This document shows, one piece after another, positions 9,721 to 19,056 of a stretch of 64,000 bases of DNA (position 1 is the stretch's first letter; every line of letters starts with the position of its first letter). The notes beneath the pieces are model-generated. The model was given only the letters and a program-made list of their open reading frames with translations, was not told the origin of the DNA and ran no database searches. The position numbers and the translations under genes were made by a program. The stretch is from an uncultured Bacillales bacterium. GTDB lineage: Bacteria > Bacillota_I > Bacilli_A > RFN20 > CAG-449. The stretch lies in contig CAMCEE010000003.1 in NCBI GenBank assembly GCA_945873815.1, positions 76,898 to 140,897 of the forward strand, written 5' to 3'.

Positions 9721-10947
9721 TTAAGCAAAAAAGACATCTAAAAAATCACGACCTTTCTTACAAACTTCTACAAAACGATCAATTTCTTCCTTCGTATTAT
9801 AGAAATATAAACTTGCTCTTACAGTAGAATTTGTGCCAATTTCGTTATGTAGTAATTTAGCACAATGTTCTCCAGTTCTTACGCATATTCCATATGAACC
9901 AAGTAATGTTCCCATATCCTGAGCATGTACTCCTTCATAATTGAAATCGATAATTCCCGCTTCCGAATCTTTATTATAGATTATTACTTCAGGAACTTCA
10001 TTTAATAGTTTTGTTACCGCATATTCTTTTAATTCACGTTCGTATTTTTCAATATTATCCATTCCAATTTCATTCAAGTATTCAATTGCTTTTCCAAGTC
10101 CTATAATTCCAGCAATATTTTGAGTACCTGCTTCAAATTTAAATGGTGTTTTCAAATATCCAAAATTACCACATAAATCAAATTCAGTGTTCATTCCTCC
10201 TCCAAGAAGAAGAGAATCAATTTCCTTAAGCAATTCATATTTTCCATACATGACACCAATTCCTGTTGGTCCACACATCTTATGTCCTGAAAAAACAAGG
10301 AAATCAACATCCAAATCTTTCACATCAACTTTAAAATGAGGTACAGATTGAGCTCCATCACAAACAAAATATGCATTATATCCGTGTACGAATTTAGCAA
10401 TTTCTTTTATATCATTCACGTATCCTAATACATTGGTAACATGAGCTATACTTACAATTTTTGTCTTACTAGAAATCACCTTTTCAATATTCCTTATTGT
10501 TATTCTTCCATTCTCTAAAGGAATATAATTTACCTTGCATCCTATTTCAGAAGCGATTCTAAACCAAGGTAGTACATTAGAGGCATGTTCAGCATCAGTA
10601 ATCAATATCTCATCATCCTTTGAAAGAAATCTCTTTAAGCCTTGTGCGATTTGATTTAGTCCCATCGTTGCACCTGAAGTAAAGATAACCTCCTTTTCAT
10701 CTGCATTAATCAATTTACAGACATTATCTCTCGCTTTTAAAATCTCATCATCAACTCTTTGTGCCAAATCGTAATCTCCGCGATGTGAATTAACAGAATA
10801 AAACTCATAATATTCACAAATCTTATCAATCACACACTTTGGTTTTAATGTAGTTGCAGCATTATCGAAATAACTAAAAGGATGGCCTTGCATCGTTTTA
10901 TTATTATTAAGCATTGGGAAATCTTTTCGAATCTTATTTATATCCAT
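9721..10947 (-). CDS. sufS: Cysteine desulfurase SufS (PLP-dependent, class V aminotransferase fold)
   Basis: The PLP-lysine region SGHKMCGPTGIGVMYG is present, as is the catalytic Cys loop near the C-terminus (GEHCA). Confidence 0.9.
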   Translation of the reverse strand: MDINKIRKDFPMLNNNKTMQGHPFSYFDNAATTLKPKCVIDKICEYYEFYSVNSHRGDYDLAQRVDDEILKARDNVCKLINADEKEVIFTSGATMGLNQIAQGLKRFLSKDDEILITDAEHASNVLPWFRIASEIGCKVNYIPLENGRITIRNIEKVISSKTKIVSIAHVTNVLGYVNDIKEIAKFVHGYNAYFVCDGAQSVPHFKVDVKDLDVDFLVFSGHKMCGPTGIGVMYGKYELLKEIDSLLLGGGMNTEFDLCGNFGYLKTPFKFEAGTQNIAGIIGLGKAIEYLNEIGMDNIEKYERELKEYAVTKLLNEVPEVIIYNKDSEAGIIDFNYEGVHAQDMGTLLGSYGICVRTGEHCAKLLHNEIGTNSTVRASLYFYNTKEEIDRFVEVCKKGRDFLDVFFA

Positions 10948-10949
10948 AA

Positions 10950-11837
10950 TTAAAATCTCCCATCTATGTTTTCACTCATTCTTTCAAGAACGCTTTCATC
11001 ATTAAAGAATCTTAATATCGGATTCAAATATCCTAAGGTAATCAATTTCTTTGCAGTTTCCTCTTCAATTCCTCTTGAAGTAAGATAGAAAATATGATCC
11101 TCATTAATTTGACCAACAACCGCAGCATGCGATGCTTCAACATCATTTTCGTCAATGCATAATACAGGATTTGCCTTTGCCTTACATTTAGGATCAAAAA
11201 CCATAATCTTGGCATTTTGATGAGTTGCGCTAGATTTTGCTCCTTTATTGATTGATGATGTTCCAAGAAATTCAATCGATCCTTCATCTTCACAAACGCC
11301 ATAATTTTCCATTTTTGCATAGGTATGTTTCGCATTATGGAAGAATGAAACACTCATTTTCTTTACATCATTTTCGCAAGATAGACATGCTAGGTTCCAA
11401 TTTGATTTTGCATATTCTCCATTTAGGTTGCATACAAAATCCAATGTATTATTGCCTTTACTAAAATCTGCTAAAGCCCCTTGATATTCTGTGTTCTTTT
11501 CCATATTTACAGCATATTTAGCTTCATTGTTGTCTTTAAAGAAAGCTATAGAATGATGTACTTTAGCATTTTCAAATATATTTATCTCGTGATCAATAAT
11601 ATTGTTTTCACATGTTTCTAATATTGAAACTTGACCACTTCCCTTGATGTTTAATGTTATCTTTTTAATATTACTATTTGATGGAATAAACAATGAAATA
11701 TTATCATTTGAAGTAATGTCAAAAATTGGTAATGAGGAATCACCTTTTTTTACAATATACGGATTTGTTTCTTCAAAAATATTCATACGTTTTCTCCTAT
11801 TTTTTTGAAATAATTTCTTTAGTTGCACAAACTCCAA
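10950..11837 (-). CDS. sufD: Fe-S cluster assembly protein SufD (short form)
   Basis: The C-terminal SufB/D family region is present (HAAVVGQINEDHIFYLTSRGI) and the gene sits between sufC and sufS. Confidence 0.8.
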   Translation of the reverse strand: MEFVQLKKLFQKNRRKRMNIFEETNPYIVKKGDSSLPIFDITSNDNISLFIPSNSNIKKITLNIKGSGQVSILETCENNIIDHEINIFENAKVHHSIAFFKDNNEAKYAVNMEKNTEYQGALADFSKGNNTLDFVCNLNGEYAKSNWNLACLSCENDVKKMSVSFFHNAKHTYAKMENYGVCEDEGSIEFLGTSSINKGAKSSATHQNAKIMVFDPKCKAKANPVLCIDENDVEASHAAVVGQINEDHIFYLTSRGIEEETAKKLITLGYLNPILRFFNDESVLERMSENIDGRF

Positions 11838-12621
11838 TTGATTGTTTATTCATATCAACTTCATCTTTTTCAATTTCAATACCCAATTCATATTTAATCC
11901 ATTCATATCCTTGAGTATCAATTTTATTAATCAATTCCATACCACCTTCAACTGCAATTTTTCCATTAATCATTACAATTGCACGTGTAGGACAAATCAT
12001 TTGATATAATTTTTCATAATGTGAAATAACTAAGAATGAAGCGTTTGTTTGTTGAACTTCCTTAATAGCATCAGCAACGTAAACTAAAGCATCAACATCA
12101 AGTCCGGAATCAATTTCATCAAGCATTGCTAAATCAGGTTTTAACAACAACATTTGAAGAATCTCATTACGTTTTTTCTCTCCTCCAGAAAAGCCTTCAT
12201 TTAAAAATCTTTGAGCCATATCCATTGAGATATGCATCTTTTTTGACGCTGACTCAATTGCACGATAGAATTCAAATAATTTAATAGGAGTTTCTCTTCT
12301 TGCGTTGACCGCAGCTTTTAAGAAATCTGCATTTACTACCCCAGGAACTTCTGATGGGTATTGCATTCCTAGGAATAATCCCTTTCTTGCTCTTTCATCA
12401 ACTTTCATTTTTAAGACGTCTTCTCCATCAAGAATGATACTTCCTTTTGTAACAACGTATTTTGGATTACCCATAATAGTTGCAAGTAAAGTAGATTTTC
12501 CATGGCCATTAGGACCTAGTAAAGCGACTGTTTCATTTGGTTTTATTGTCAAATTTACACCTTTTAATATTTCTTTTCCTTCTACACTAACGTGCAAATC
12601 CTTGATAATTAATTCTTTCAT
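11797..12621 (-). CDS. sufC: Fe-S cluster assembly ATPase SufC
   Basis: It has a Walker A motif (GPNGHGKST), the signature FSGGEKKR and a Walker B motif (AMLDEIDSGLD). Confidence 0.95.
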   Translation of the reverse strand: MKELIIKDLHVSVEGKEILKGVNLTIKPNETVALLGPNGHGKSTLLATIMGNPKYVVTKGSIILDGEDVLKMKVDERARKGLFLGMQYPSEVPGVVNADFLKAAVNARRETPIKLFEFYRAIESASKKMHISMDMAQRFLNEGFSGGEKKRNEILQMLLLKPDLAMLDEIDSGLDVDALVYVADAIKEVQQTNASFLVISHYEKLYQMICPTRAIVMINGKIAVEGGMELINKIDTQGYEWIKYELGIEIEKDEVDMNKQSIGVCATKEIISKK

Positions 12622-12822
12622 AATAGTTTTTTCTCCTAACCTTACATATTTTACACCAAAAGAATCGTAAATAAAACATATATTTATTTTTTAAAAAAAT
12701 AAAATATTCACTTTTTTCAAAAACGATTATCTATATGTCTTCTTCAAATCATTTTTATCATCGTTTTTTTATATTTCTACTAGAAATTCAAATAAAAAAA
12801 ATGTAAAAAGAAAAAATTAAAA

Positions 12823-12863
12823 TGAGCCAAAATTCACGCACTTTCACACACGAATTTTGCTCA
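12823..12863 (-). terminator. Candidate rho-independent terminator for the tiny-TM gene pair (minus strand)
   Basis: A 12-bp stem (TGAGC(C)AAAATTC / GAATTTTGCTCA) is followed on the minus strand by a T-rich run. Confidence 0.4.
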
Positions 12864-12957
12864 TATTCACATTCTATTTCTACTTGAGAAATATTATCAA
12901 AAATCCCGTTATTTTAATAAAAAAACATTATTTTTATAAAAATACACTCTTAGATTT

Positions 12958-13056
12958 TTACCATCCACAATTAGACGATAAAGTACCATTGCATCCAATT
13001 ATAACTAATAAGATAAATAGCACTAAAACAATAGCAAATGCACTACCTGTATTCAT
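12958..13056 (-). CDS. Tiny transmembrane protein, YjcZ-like (32 aa), missed by the ORF track
   Basis: A GGAGGG RBS lies 8 nt upstream of the ATG. The product MNTGSAFAIVLVLFILLVIIGCNGTLSSNCGW has the hydrophobic LVLFILL core plus a Cys-containing tail typical of the tiny_TM_bacill / YjcZ family. Confidence 0.5.
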   Translation of the reverse strand: MNTGSAFAIVLVLFILLVIIGCNGTLSSNCGW

Positions 13057-13075
13057 AATAATCACCCTCCATCAA

Positions 13076-13177
13076 TTAACGACAATAACAGCCGAATATA
13101 GCAAGTAAGATAAACAAAACAAGTATAAACGAGAAGAAATATCCTCCCGAATTGCATCCATTTGGATTTTGAATCAT
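13076..13177 (-). CDS. Tiny transmembrane protein, YjcZ-like (33 aa), missed by the ORF track
   Basis: A GGAGG RBS lies 6 nt upstream. The product MIQNPNGCNSGGYFFSFILVLFILLAIFGCYCR is a paralogue of the adjacent 32-aa ORF. Confidence 0.5.
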   Translation of the reverse strand: MIQNPNGCNSGGYFFSFILVLFILLAIFGCYCR

Positions 13178-13430
13178 AAGTTACCTCCTTTGTTTTCAAT
13201 CTATACTATGTTTAAATATTTCAAATGCAATTCATAAAACAAAAAGAATGATAATGTCGCCCATAAATGCATTTTCAAATAATCAATTTAAGTTTTCGTA
13301 AAATACAGCATAAAATAACCTATATAATATAAAATATTATAGCAATTTTTGATTTTCCTATTGAAATAGAGTCAATTATTTATTATTATAAATACGCTAT
13401 GTTTTTATATATAAAGGAGGAAAACTATAT

Positions 13431-15209
13431 ATGAATAAACGTTTGTTAACGTTATCTATGGTAGGTCTTCTCACTATGACATTAACATCTTGCTCCGATG
13501 TTAATAAAAAAGTAGTAGATGGGAAAGATGTTGTCGTTTCAATTGGCGATAAAAACTACACAGCAGATAACTTATTAGAAAAATATGGAAAGACAACAGC
13601 AGGTGTCGAAACATATTATAACGCTATATACGATGTATTAATTCGTAATCAAAAGGATATCATCGATGATGATATGAGACAAACTGTAAGTGCAAATATT
13701 GATAGCTTCATTAAAGAAGTTAAAAGAAATGCAAGTACAAATGGTACAACATTCAATGATCAACGTTCAAAAGACCTAGAAGCTAAAGGAGTTGAATCAA
13801 TTGAAGAATTAGAAGAAGTATACATGTTAACAGAACAAAAGAAAAAGTTCGAAGAACAATGGTATGAAAAACAAATTGATTACGTAGGTGGTAAGGATGG
13901 ATTAACACAATCTTATATTAGGGAATCTACTCCATATCACGTAAGACATATTCTTGTAAAAACAGAAAGTGCTGGTACAAGTTTATATGATGGAAAGATT
14001 TCCGAAGCAGAAGCATTAAAATTAGCATCTGTAGTTGAAAGACTTGCAGCAGATAATGAAACATTTGGTCAAGTAGCTCAACAAGCTTCTGATGATACAG
14101 GTTCTGCTGAATTATATGGTTCAATCGGAATTGTTGACCAAGATTCAAAATCAGGGTTCGTTAGCGAATTTAAATATGGTGTATATGCATATGATGCTTA
14201 TTTCGACAATCATACTGCAAACGGAGCAGTCGCACCAATTGAAAGAGCAAATAAACTTAATATTCCAAATGCAATTGAATATACATCTGTTGCTAACGGA
14301 ACACATAGCATCAACGTAAAGGACACATTAAAGAGTATCGCAGAAATTCCTTATAAAGCAATTGAAGATTTGAGAACTTACGCTGATAAAACAAATACAG
14401 AAGGCAACTTAACATATGTTCCTGAAAATTCTGGATGGGATAAAAATGACACTTTAAAAGGTCAAACAATTTCAGAAAGTTACTACCCAAGAAATATTCT
14501 TTTCAACAACTATTTCAACGATCACGGTTTATTTGTCGTCACTGAAGAAGGAGCTCCAACAGAAATCGCTGCAAATTCTAGATTCAAGTCATTTGATGGA
14601 GTTGCAGGTGGAAAGAAGATTCTCGTTGATGAAAAAGGTAATCCAATTTTAATTACACGTGGTGGTTCTGGTGATTCATATCAAGGTGTCCACTTCATGA
14701 TTATTGAACAATCACCATTCTGGTATGACGAAGCAAATATTGCAAAAACAGTATTCCATGATAAAGATACAAAACCATCAACAAATGATTATTTAAGATA
14801 CTATTATTCAACAGATATTCCTTCTACATCAACTGAGGATGTATCAAAGAATCAAAAATTCGTCACATATGTTAAATCAAATAGAACAACATATGATGAT
14901 CGTGCTGATATCATTGAAGAAGCAGTAAAGAATTACAACAGCAATATCAACTATGAAATATATAGAGATCTAGTAGCTCATTCAGGTGCAACAATCAATG
15001 CAACAATCAAATCACAAATTGATAAAATGATTGAAACAAAGATTGCTTCAAAAGCATATTCAAAAGAACAAAGCAATTTAGCTTCTTGGAAATCATATAT
15101 TGAATTATTAACACTTCAAGATGCACAAAAAGGTGCAAAACAAATTGGATTAGATTATATCGGTATGTACGATAGTTCATACGTAAAAACATCTATCCAT
15201 CATAACTAG
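13431..15209 (+). CDS. Large lipoprotein with a parvulin-type PPIase (PrsA-like) core
   Basis: The lipobox is LTSC and an AAAGGAGG RBS precedes it. The central region HVRHILVKTE...GSIGIVDQ...FVSEFKYGVYAYD resembles a PpiC/parvulin rotamase domain, with long flanking extensions. Confidence 0.5.
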   Translation: MNKRLLTLSMVGLLTMTLTSCSDVNKKVVDGKDVVVSIGDKNYTADNLLEKYGKTTAGVETYYNAIYDVLIRNQKDIIDDDMRQTVSANIDSFIKEVKRNASTNGTTFNDQRSKDLEAKGVESIEELEEVYMLTEQKKKFEEQWYEKQIDYVGGKDGLTQSYIRESTPYHVRHILVKTESAGTSLYDGKISEAEALKLASVVERLAADNETFGQVAQQASDDTGSAELYGSIGIVDQDSKSGFVSEFKYGVYAYDAYFDNHTANGAVAPIERANKLNIPNAIEYTSVANGTHSINVKDTLKSIAEIPYKAIEDLRTYADKTNTEGNLTYVPENSGWDKNDTLKGQTISESYYPRNILFNNYFNDHGLFVVTEEGAPTEIAANSRFKSFDGVAGGKKILVDEKGNPILITRGGSGDSYQGVHFMIIEQSPFWYDEANIAKTVFHDKDTKPSTNDYLRYYYSTDIPSTSTEDVSKNQKFVTYVKSNRTTYDDRADIIEEAVKNYNSNINYEIYRDLVAHSGATINATIKSQIDKMIETKIASKAYSKEQSNLASWKSYIELLTLQDAQKGAKQIGLDYIGMYDSSYVKTSIHHN

Positions 15210-15221
15210 GAGGTACGAAGC

Positions 15222-16661
15222 ATGAAAAACAAAGTATTAAAAGTTGCCGCTCTCTCTTTAGTATTGTTATTAGCAGGTTGTGATAAAATCAATGCTCAAC
15301 CACAAAATGTAAAAGATAACTTAGTTACATTTACCGATGGATCTGATTATTTCAGAAATAATATTCAATATATCTATGATCAATTAGACGATTCATCAGA
15401 CTTCAATACATTAACAATTGAACACATCATTGATGAAATCGTTAAAGCAAAAGTTGATCAAGGTGATTTCTTCGAAAACGTAAGTGAATTAAGAAACGAA
15501 TTAATCGAAGAAAAATTACTTGAAACATTAAATTCCGATTCATACAAAATTGATGGTCTTTTCTCAGAAAAGAAATTCCTTGATTCTGTAAATAAATCAG
15601 TCTACAACATTACAGTTACAAATCCTCATGAAAATGTCATGATTAAACCAGATACAACAGTTAAAGAAATTCTCGGAGACAATTATGAAACAGTATATGC
15701 TGATTACATCCAAAATGATCTTCTCCCAGAAATAAACAAAAAATTATTAACTGCTAGATATATTTGTGAAAAATCATTCTCTTCATTAGGTAGAGCTTAT
15801 GCAAGAAGACTCAGCTATGTTAAATTAGAAAACATTGAAAAACAACCAGGAGCTGCTGGTCAATTAGTAAACGACTGGTTAGGTGATTTTATTGAAAATA
15901 AAACAACTACAACAGCAGATGGAAAATTTGATTTAGATTCTCTTGCAAGAATTTATAAAGGTATTAATGGTGAAACACCTGCAGAAGATGCTGCGATTGC
16001 AAATCATTATACATTATCAAAAGAAATCAATGATGAAATCGGCAAGATTTGCGATGTTGCAAATGGCTATGTTATGAAATCCGATATCGGTATCGATAAA
16101 ACAATAGAAGACAAATATACAGGTAGCGGTACATATACTCTTGCTTGGGGTCATGAATTAGCATTAAGAAATTTAAGTTCTAAGAAGATTTCCGATAAAG
16201 GATTATTCACAAAAACAAATGGTATCAGTGATTTACCTACAGCAGTAACAGATCGTTTATTCTCATCAAGTGTTTCTTCATACTTAAAAGAAGTAACTTA
16301 CACAGTTGCAGGTGACGAAGTAAAGATTAACTTCTTAACTCCATTAACATCAGAAAACAACGATGGTTTAGGTCAATATTATTTCTTCGATTCTGCAACA
16401 AATGCATATTACATTGTTGTGGTTGAAGATTATAAATTCACATCAACTAACTTAAAAGATTCTTCTACAAAAGATGCAGATGGCAACATCATCAAAGTTA
16501 AAAACGATACAGCACGTATCGCAATTGCCCTCTCTTCATCAAGTTCATATAGTACAGACTCTATAACTGCAGCATTAAAAGAAGCAAAGATCATCGAAAA
16601 CATTCATGATCAAACATTCTACGATTATATGAAAGAAAACTATTCAAGTTTATTTGACTAG
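15222..16661 (+). CDS. Lipoprotein of unknown function
   Basis: It has a signal peptide with lipobox LLAGC and is translationally coupled 12 nt after the preceding lipoprotein gene. Confidence 0.6.
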   Translation: MKNKVLKVAALSLVLLLAGCDKINAQPQNVKDNLVTFTDGSDYFRNNIQYIYDQLDDSSDFNTLTIEHIIDEIVKAKVDQGDFFENVSELRNELIEEKLLETLNSDSYKIDGLFSEKKFLDSVNKSVYNITVTNPHENVMIKPDTTVKEILGDNYETVYADYIQNDLLPEINKKLLTARYICEKSFSSLGRAYARRLSYVKLENIEKQPGAAGQLVNDWLGDFIENKTTTTADGKFDLDSLARIYKGINGETPAEDAAIANHYTLSKEINDEIGKICDVANGYVMKSDIGIDKTIEDKYTGSGTYTLAWGHELALRNLSSKKISDKGLFTKTNGISDLPTAVTDRLFSSSVSSYLKEVTYTVAGDEVKINFLTPLTSENNDGLGQYYFFDSATNAYYIVVVEDYKFTSTNLKDSSTKDADGNIIKVKNDTARIAIALSSSSSYSTDSITAALKEAKIIENIHDQTFYDYMKENYSSLFD

Positions 16662-16669
16662 AATCATCA

Positions 16670-16697
16670 GGAAGCAAGAAATTGCTTCCTTTTTTTT
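16670..16697 (+). terminator. Rho-independent terminator
   Basis: An 8-bp stem GGAAGCAA/TTGCTTCC with a GAAA loop is followed by T8. Confidence 0.75.
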
Positions 16698-16745
16698 CCA
16701 TAATATGAATATAGTGATATAATACTAATAAAGGAGGAAAAAACA

Positions 16746-17162
16746 ATGTCTGACTGTATATTTTGTAAAATCGTTAATGGTGAAATACCATGTTATAAAG
16801 TCTATGAAGATGCGGAAGTATTAGCATTTCTAGATATCTCTCAAACTACTAAAGGACACACTTTAGTCATTCCAAAGGAACATTTTGATAATATTCTATA
16901 TTGTCCTGAGGACTTACTTGGTAAAGTTATCCGTGTTGCGCAAAAGATTGCGCAAGCAGAAGTTACTACTCTTGGTGCGCAAGGTGTTAATATTATTATC
17001 AACACAAACGAAGTAGCTGGACAAACTGTTATGCATTTCCACGTTCATGTCATTCCACGCTATAGCGATAACGATAAACTAAGATTGGAATTCTTATCAA
17101 ACAAATTAGAGAAATTAAATCTTCCATCTATAGCTGAAGATATTTCAAAATCGATCAAATAA
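16746..17162 (+). CDS. HIT-family (histidine triad) nucleotide hydrolase
   Basis: It has the HxHxHxx motif (HFHVHVI) and is ~138 aa. An AAAGGAGG RBS precedes it. Confidence 0.9.
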   Translation: MSDCIFCKIVNGEIPCYKVYEDAEVLAFLDISQTTKGHTLVIPKEHFDNILYCPEDLLGKVIRVAQKIAQAEVTTLGAQGVNIIINTNEVAGQTVMHFHVHVIPRYSDNDKLRLEFLSNKLEKLNLPSIAEDISKSIK

Positions 17163-17204
17163 TAATCGTTATCATCCAATTTGATATAATTTCCTTAAAA
17201 ACTA

Positions 17205-17311
17205 AAAACTAGATTCACATAGATTTACTATTGTAGTTAACCCCAAAAGTTGGGCCGAGTAACATCGGAAAGACTAATGGGGTTAACTACACTATTGTGT
17301 CTAGTTTTTTT
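17205..17311. other. GC-rich structured element or bidirectional terminator between convergent genes
   Basis: A perfect 12-bp stem (GTAGTTAACCCC ... GGGGTTAACTAC) encloses two small sub-hairpins (CCCAAAAGTTGGG; CCGAGTAACATCGG). It is flanked by an A-run on the left and T7 on the right. Confidence 0.45.
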
Positions 17312-17336
17312 ATATTATTAGGTTTATGAATACATA

Positions 17337-18275
17337 TTAATATGATTTTGGTTTATAGAATGCTCTGCCGTCCATCGCAATAATTCTTTGAGTCCATTCT
17401 CCTTCAGGAGTATCGATTAAGGCTTTATCCAAAATGTTCATTTTTGAATCAAGATCATCTACAAAATGCAATACGAGAGCTTCTCTAGTTAATGGAAGAA
17501 CAGGAGAACCGAATTCCTTGCTACCATGATGAGAAAGAATCATGTGTTCTAAAAGAGTTGGAATCTCGGATGTGATATTCAATTCTTCTGCTGTTTTTCT
17601 AACTGTTGCCATCGCAATTGAGATATGTCCTAATAGTTTACCTTCCAACGTATATTTAGTTGCTACAGGACCAGATAATTCAACTACTTTACCTACATCA
17701 TGGAGTAGCGCACCTGTTATTAACATATCTTTATCTATCGAATCATAATAAGAAGCGATTAATGTTGCCATTTCAGTCATAGAAATAGTATGGAATAATA
17801 ATCCAGACATATATTCATGGTGATTTCTACTAGCTGCAGGATAAGTTGTATAAGCATCATAATTATCATTAATTATTTTCGTAACAATTGCCTTGCAATC
17901 TTGATTTTTTATTCCATTGATATAACCATTTAGTTTTCTAATTAATTCTTCCTTTGGTACAGGTGAAGGCATGCAGATATGAGAGAAATCAACGCTAGAT
18001 TGATCTAATTCTTCAATAGAACATATTTTCAATTGTTTACTTCCACGATATTCAATTACATCTGCGACAACTTTGACAATCTTTCCTACTTCCAAAATGA
18101 TGCTATCCATTTCTTGTGCATCCCACTTTTTACCTTCTATAAGTCCTGTTTTATCTTGGAAAGAAACATTTAAATATGGACTTCCTGCATTTGAAACACC
18201 TTTTGTACAATTTGTTACAAGAAGTTCAACATCTATTCTCTCTCCAGCTGCAAATTCATTTATACACTTCATCAT
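17337..18275 (-). CDS. yhaM: 3'-5' exoribonuclease YhaM (OB-fold + HD domain)
   Basis: It has an N-terminal OB-fold region similar to YhaM and the HD motif LLHDVGK. It is 312 aa and preceded by an AAGGAGA RBS. Confidence 0.8.
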   Translation of the reverse strand: MMKCINEFAAGERIDVELLVTNCTKGVSNAGSPYLNVSFQDKTGLIEGKKWDAQEMDSIILEVGKIVKVVADVIEYRGSKQLKICSIEELDQSSVDFSHICMPSPVPKEELIRKLNGYINGIKNQDCKAIVTKIINDNYDAYTTYPAASRNHHEYMSGLLFHTISMTEMATLIASYYDSIDKDMLITGALLHDVGKVVELSGPVATKYTLEGKLLGHISIAMATVRKTAEELNITSEIPTLLEHMILSHHGSKEFGSPVLPLTREALVLHFVDDLDSKMNILDKALIDTPEGEWTQRIIAMDGRAFYKPKSY

Positions 18276-19056
18276 TCAATCTCCTTAACACATTATTAAT
18301 GTTTTCATATTTATAGCCTTTTCGCAACATATATGAGATTATTTTTCCTTTATCTTCATATACATTGATATCGAGTTTATGTAAAGATATATATTTTCTC
18401 ATGCTTTTCTCTAATAATTCATTTTCATCGACCACATAATCTTCAAGCAATATATCTATCAATTGATTCACATCATCAAACTCAAATCCATCATTTAAAA
18501 GATATCGATAAAGACCGTTCTTTAATTGCATATAATTATATTCTTTATGAGAAAGAATAAATTTTTTAGAAACGTTGATCATCTTCTCTTTTTCGTTTAC
18601 AAAATCCATTTTGTTGATGATCACTTCTGGTACTCCATTTTCCTTCATCTTCTCAATGATTTTATTCTTTCCAAAATTCTTTTTTTCATAAGCATCAAAT
18701 AAATCATTTGCATATTCTTCATCATTGATGTATCGTTGTTCTTCCAAATATGAAATCAATTCTTCTATCTCTTCTTTTTTTGCCTTTTTAGCAATTAATT
18801 TAGCTTCTAATTGTTTTTTAGAATACATTCTTTTTGATAGAAGAGTAAAAGCGTAATCTCGTAAAGATGCTCTATTTTGATAATCTATTATTTCATCTAG
18901 TTCATTTTGAGACAAAATACGTCCCTTATATAGATAAAAATGGGAATAAGTAGTTGCAGATATCTTTATCGTTTCTCCATTAATTATTAAATGAATAATC
19001 TTTTTTTGAAAGATAATATCTTCAATTTTGTAATTACCATTTTTTTCTAATCGCAC
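18256..19056 (-). CDS. recX: Regulatory protein RecX
   Basis: Three-helix RecX repeats are present (e.g. ASLRDYAFTLLSKRMYSKKQLEAKL; DEEYANDLFDAYEKKNFGKNKIIEKMKENGVP). The proposed start is GTG at 19056, which has GGAGG 9 nt upstream. The track ORF extends to 19155 inside the upstream gene. Confidence 0.65.
   Translation of the reverse strand: MRLEKNGNYKIEDIIFQKKIIHLIINGETIKISATTYSHFYLYKGRILSQNELDEIIDYQNRASLRDYAFTLLSKRMYSKKQLEAKLIAKKAKKEEIEELISYLEEQRYINDEEYANDLFDAYEKKNFGKNKIIEKMKENGVPEVIINKMDFVNEKEKMINVSKKFILSHKEYNYMQLKNGLYRYLLNDGFEFDDVNQLIDILLEDYVVDENELLEKSMRKYISLHKLDINVYEDKGKIISYMLRKGYKYENINNVLRRLNDEVYK

Noticed and set aside
12857-13108. The 83-aa plus-strand ORF from the six-frame track in the sufC / lipoprotein intergenic region
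   Set aside because: It has no RBS, is low-complexity and AT-driven, and lies antisense to two well-supported tiny-TM ORFs with GGAGG RBSs. It was treated as spurious.
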